Assembly: GCF_009914755.1 (NCBI RefSeq)
Contig: NC_060944.1
Source: the human T2T-CHM13v2.0 reference genome, Homo sapiens
Length of the DNA: 64,000 bases
Reading direction: 5' to 3' (one strand)
Made by a program: the position numbers and the translations under genes. The notes beneath the pieces were generated by a model. The model had not been told where the DNA came from, did not search any database, and saw nothing but the letters and a program-made list of their open reading frames with translations. This document shows positions 60,076-64,000 of this stretch, in pieces; within the stretch, counting starts at the first letter, position 1, and each line of letters begins with the position of its first letter.

Positions 60076-60230
60076 GACCATTCTTAAGGACAGCCGATTT
60101 TTCCGTTACTTGCACACAGCTGTGATAGTGAGTGGAACCATGCTGGTGTTTGGAGGAAACACACACAATGACACATCTATGAGCCATGGCGCCAAATGCT
60201 TCTCTTCAGATTTCATGGCCTATGACATTG
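60076..60230 (+). CDS. ATRN: ATRN exon 10 (155 bp), kelch: TILKDSRFFRYLHTAVIVSGTMLVFGGNTHNDTSMSHGAKCFSSDFMAYDI
   Basis: Atypical acceptor ctcaaaag|G, donor ATTG|gtaagt; VFGG kelch motif; ORF 60044..60283. Confidence 0.92.
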
Positions 60231-60714
60231 GTAAGTTTCCCAAAACCATTTTCTCTTCAGGCATCTTTTTGCCTATACTATAAGCAGCATTTAAAAGGAG
60301 ACTGAAAATATTGCCAGTTCAAAATGATCAGGCCATTTGAAAGAGGTCCAAATGGTATTTTTTATATTCATTTGACTAATGTTACACATCTGGTAAAAAT
60401 TATTTCTACATTAAATTCTTTTTGAAATCACTCCTGTTAATTGCTTGAATGCTAATTTTTAAGGCTGAGTTGAGGTGTCTAGTCTCTCCTTTGTCATGTT
60501 ATGCCTACCTGGTAGTGTTACATAGTTGCAACCACCAGCATTGTGTTAAAATTGGTTCACGTATTAGCTTTATCTCATTCCCTAGAAAACTGGTTTCTCA
60601 CATGGTCTTGGTGTGGCAATATACCAGACCAGAAGAGGGCAGTATTTGTTCATGCAAAGCAAATGCATACCGGATGATCTCTTTCATAAAAATTGTCAGA
60701 TGTTCATTTTAAAC

Positions 60715-60975
60715 AAATTATTATTTTTTTGATTGTGGTAAAATACACATAAAATTTACCATCCTAACTATATTTAAATGTCTAGTTTAGTGATATTAAA
60801 CACATTCATAATGTTATAAATCCATCACCGCCATCCATCTTCAGAACTGTCTTCATCTTGTAAGACTGAAGCTGTATACCCATTAAACAATAATGTCCCA
60901 TTTCTTCCTCCCCACAATGCCTGGCAACCACTATTCTACAGTCTGTCTCTGTGATTTTGACTATTCCAAGTCAGA
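60715..60975 (-). mobile_element. L1MB-type 3' end
   Basis: ATTGTGGTAAAATACACATAAAATTTACCATC...CCCATTAAACAATAA...CCTGGCAACCAC. Confidence 0.78.
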
Positions 60976-61650
60976 CATTCGTTTTTAACAGACATTTGTG
61001 TGCCAGCCACTCAGTTTGTACATTGAGGAGATCAGATGAATAACTTAAAGCCCTTAGCCTCAAAGTAGAAGAGGTAGAGAAATGAGCAGACAATAGAATT
61101 GCACTTCAGGGTGTTTCTGGCTGAAAAGAATGTATGAGAGCACCTCTGAGTACCCTTTAAGTCATGGAGGGTGGAGTGATAAACAGGGAACACTTTCTTA
61201 AGGAGGGGCCATCCTCTCTGGGTCCTTGGGGACACTAGGTGTCAGGTAGGTGAAGTTAGGCAGCACTCTCCAGGCAGAGGAAACCCACTTTGCAGAGACA
61301 CAGAGGTGGAAAAGACCGGCACATATTTAAGGGCTCAAAGAGTGAGACACTGAGTGTGAGGTTGGCATGGTATAGCAGCACCAGTTGGTATTAGATCCAG
61401 AAGAGAAGTTGCTAGTATGGGTCACAACAAGGGAAAATTAATCAATCTATGGGATCTAGGAAAGGACTTTGTAAAAATTAGGTGACATTTAAATTTTTTG
61501 AAATTTCATTTTCCACCTTTATTTTTCCATTTTAGCTACTAAATTTGAGCAAATCAATATAGAAAAGAGTGGAAAATAATTATGAAACCCATGTTTTGCT
61601 GACATAAGCTTTGTAGAATGTAAAATTTGCTTGCTTTAAAAAACATTCTT

Positions 61651-62005
<355 letters not shown>

Positions 62006-62214
62006 TTAGAATTGTGGTATGATCCCGCCTTTCTTCCATGCCCTGTTGCTCTGCTGCTGCTTCATTTTAACCCAGAAATGATGTTGTAACTGAGAAAATT
62101 GAGAGGCATGTTTTATGAGGTTCTCTTTGTTGTAGTATTTTTCCCAAAGAAAATGTCAGGTCCTGTTGATTAGAAATGGTAGTCCGTTTAAAAATATATT
62201 TTTCTTTCTCCTAG

Positions 62215-62299
62215 CCTGTGACCGCTGGTCAGTGCTTCCCAGACCTGATCTCCACCATGATGTCAACAGATTTGGCCATTCAGCAGTCTTACACAACAG
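62215..62299 (+). CDS. ATRN: ATRN exon 11 (85 bp), kelch: CDRWSVLPRPDLHHDVNRFGHSAVLHN
   Basis: Acceptor ttttctttctcctag|CC, donor AG|gtaatt; RFGHSAV kelch motif. Confidence 0.95.
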
Positions 62300-62352
62300 G
62301 TAATTGGAGAAGTGATTGCTCCTTTTCTTTTGTGTTTAAAATGAAAATAAAG

Positions 62353-62714
<362 letters not shown>

Positions 62715-63383
62715 TTATTCACAAGATTCCCTCATCCCAGTAGTTTTTTTACAGGATTATGTGGGTATAAATTTTCTGATTTATGTTTAAAATATTTGAT
62801 GTGGAGGTGAATTACTTTGAATGCCATGTTTATTGATCTGGTTTTGTTAGCACGCAAGAGCATGCTTTTTGGTGTGGTCTGAGTGCCTGGGGCAACAAAA
62901 GTTACGTGCATGTCATTGTCTTATGTCCTTTGTTATTGTTAGTGGTATTTAGGTTGTCAAGTTCCTAGTAGTTGTATCTGAATAGTAAGAAGTTTGGAAA
63001 AGAGGAGAGAGGGCACTTCAGATGGGGGGATAAGGTAGGAGAACAGAGGTGGAGAGATTGTGAAGTTTAATATAGCTCAAGTCTGTAGGCTCTGGATAAT
63101 CAGAAGTCTGCAGTTCATTGCATTTTATCGCTCAAAAATGCCTGGCCCAAACTACCAGAGCTCTTCAAAAAATCGGCCCTTGGAGAAGTCTCAGTCAAAT
63201 AAGGGAGATTCAGAGTGGCCACTCTACTTGTTCCTTACAGTGTGCTTTAAAGATTTTTAAGAAGTTAAACAGCCTAATCACATTATTAATTTTTCTCATT
63301 CAGTTTCTGCTATTACTACTGCTGTCTACTTTCCCTTTTTTAAAATTCTAAGCCATATAAATCCTAAGGATGTTTAAGCGTTA

Positions 63384-63788
<405 letters not shown>

Positions 63789-64000
63789 GGAAAAGTGAGA
63801 AGGTGACATATTTTGGAGATGTTGTGAAGGAAGAGTTGAGACAATTTAGGAACTAGCTACTAGGAAAAGGTGCTATCTTTTATAAGGTAATTATTTCGTT
63901 TTTTAGCAATGTGTATGGTTTTACTATGAGAACATTTGACAGCTAGAGACTAAAATGGAAGGATTTCTGGCCACCTTGCTAATTTGAAATGTTATTATAA

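Overview
Primate (human-like) genomic DNA from inside the attractin gene (ATRN, + strand). The window holds the distal ~32 kb of a very large repeat-rich first intron, then ten internal coding exons (numbered 2-11 from recollection of the human gene). All have GT-AG junctions and join in one continuous frame encoding the CUB domain, EGF-like repeats and kelch repeats. Neither start nor stop codon is in the window. The rest is mostly Alu, L1, L2, MaLR/ERVL LTR and hAT/mariner DNA-transposon fossils. I found no new gene system. The most notable signals are retrotransposition and repair fossils readable from the sequence: (i) a 2.7-kb TSD-bounded L1 whose intact 5' end is fused by 4-nt microhomology to the RT FADD codons and which carries an apparent ~680-bp 3' transduction; (ii) a 2.3-kb insertion with a 21-bp TSD, made of an inverted (twin-primed) L1PA piece plus ~1.85 kb of apparently transduced DNA; (iii) a multi-switch templated insertion copied from 1 kb away; (iv) a young L1PA2-type insertion with an apparent target deletion; (v) several hairpin and template-switch scars. 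Repeat subfamily names come from recalled consensus motifs, and repeat boundaries are approximate.
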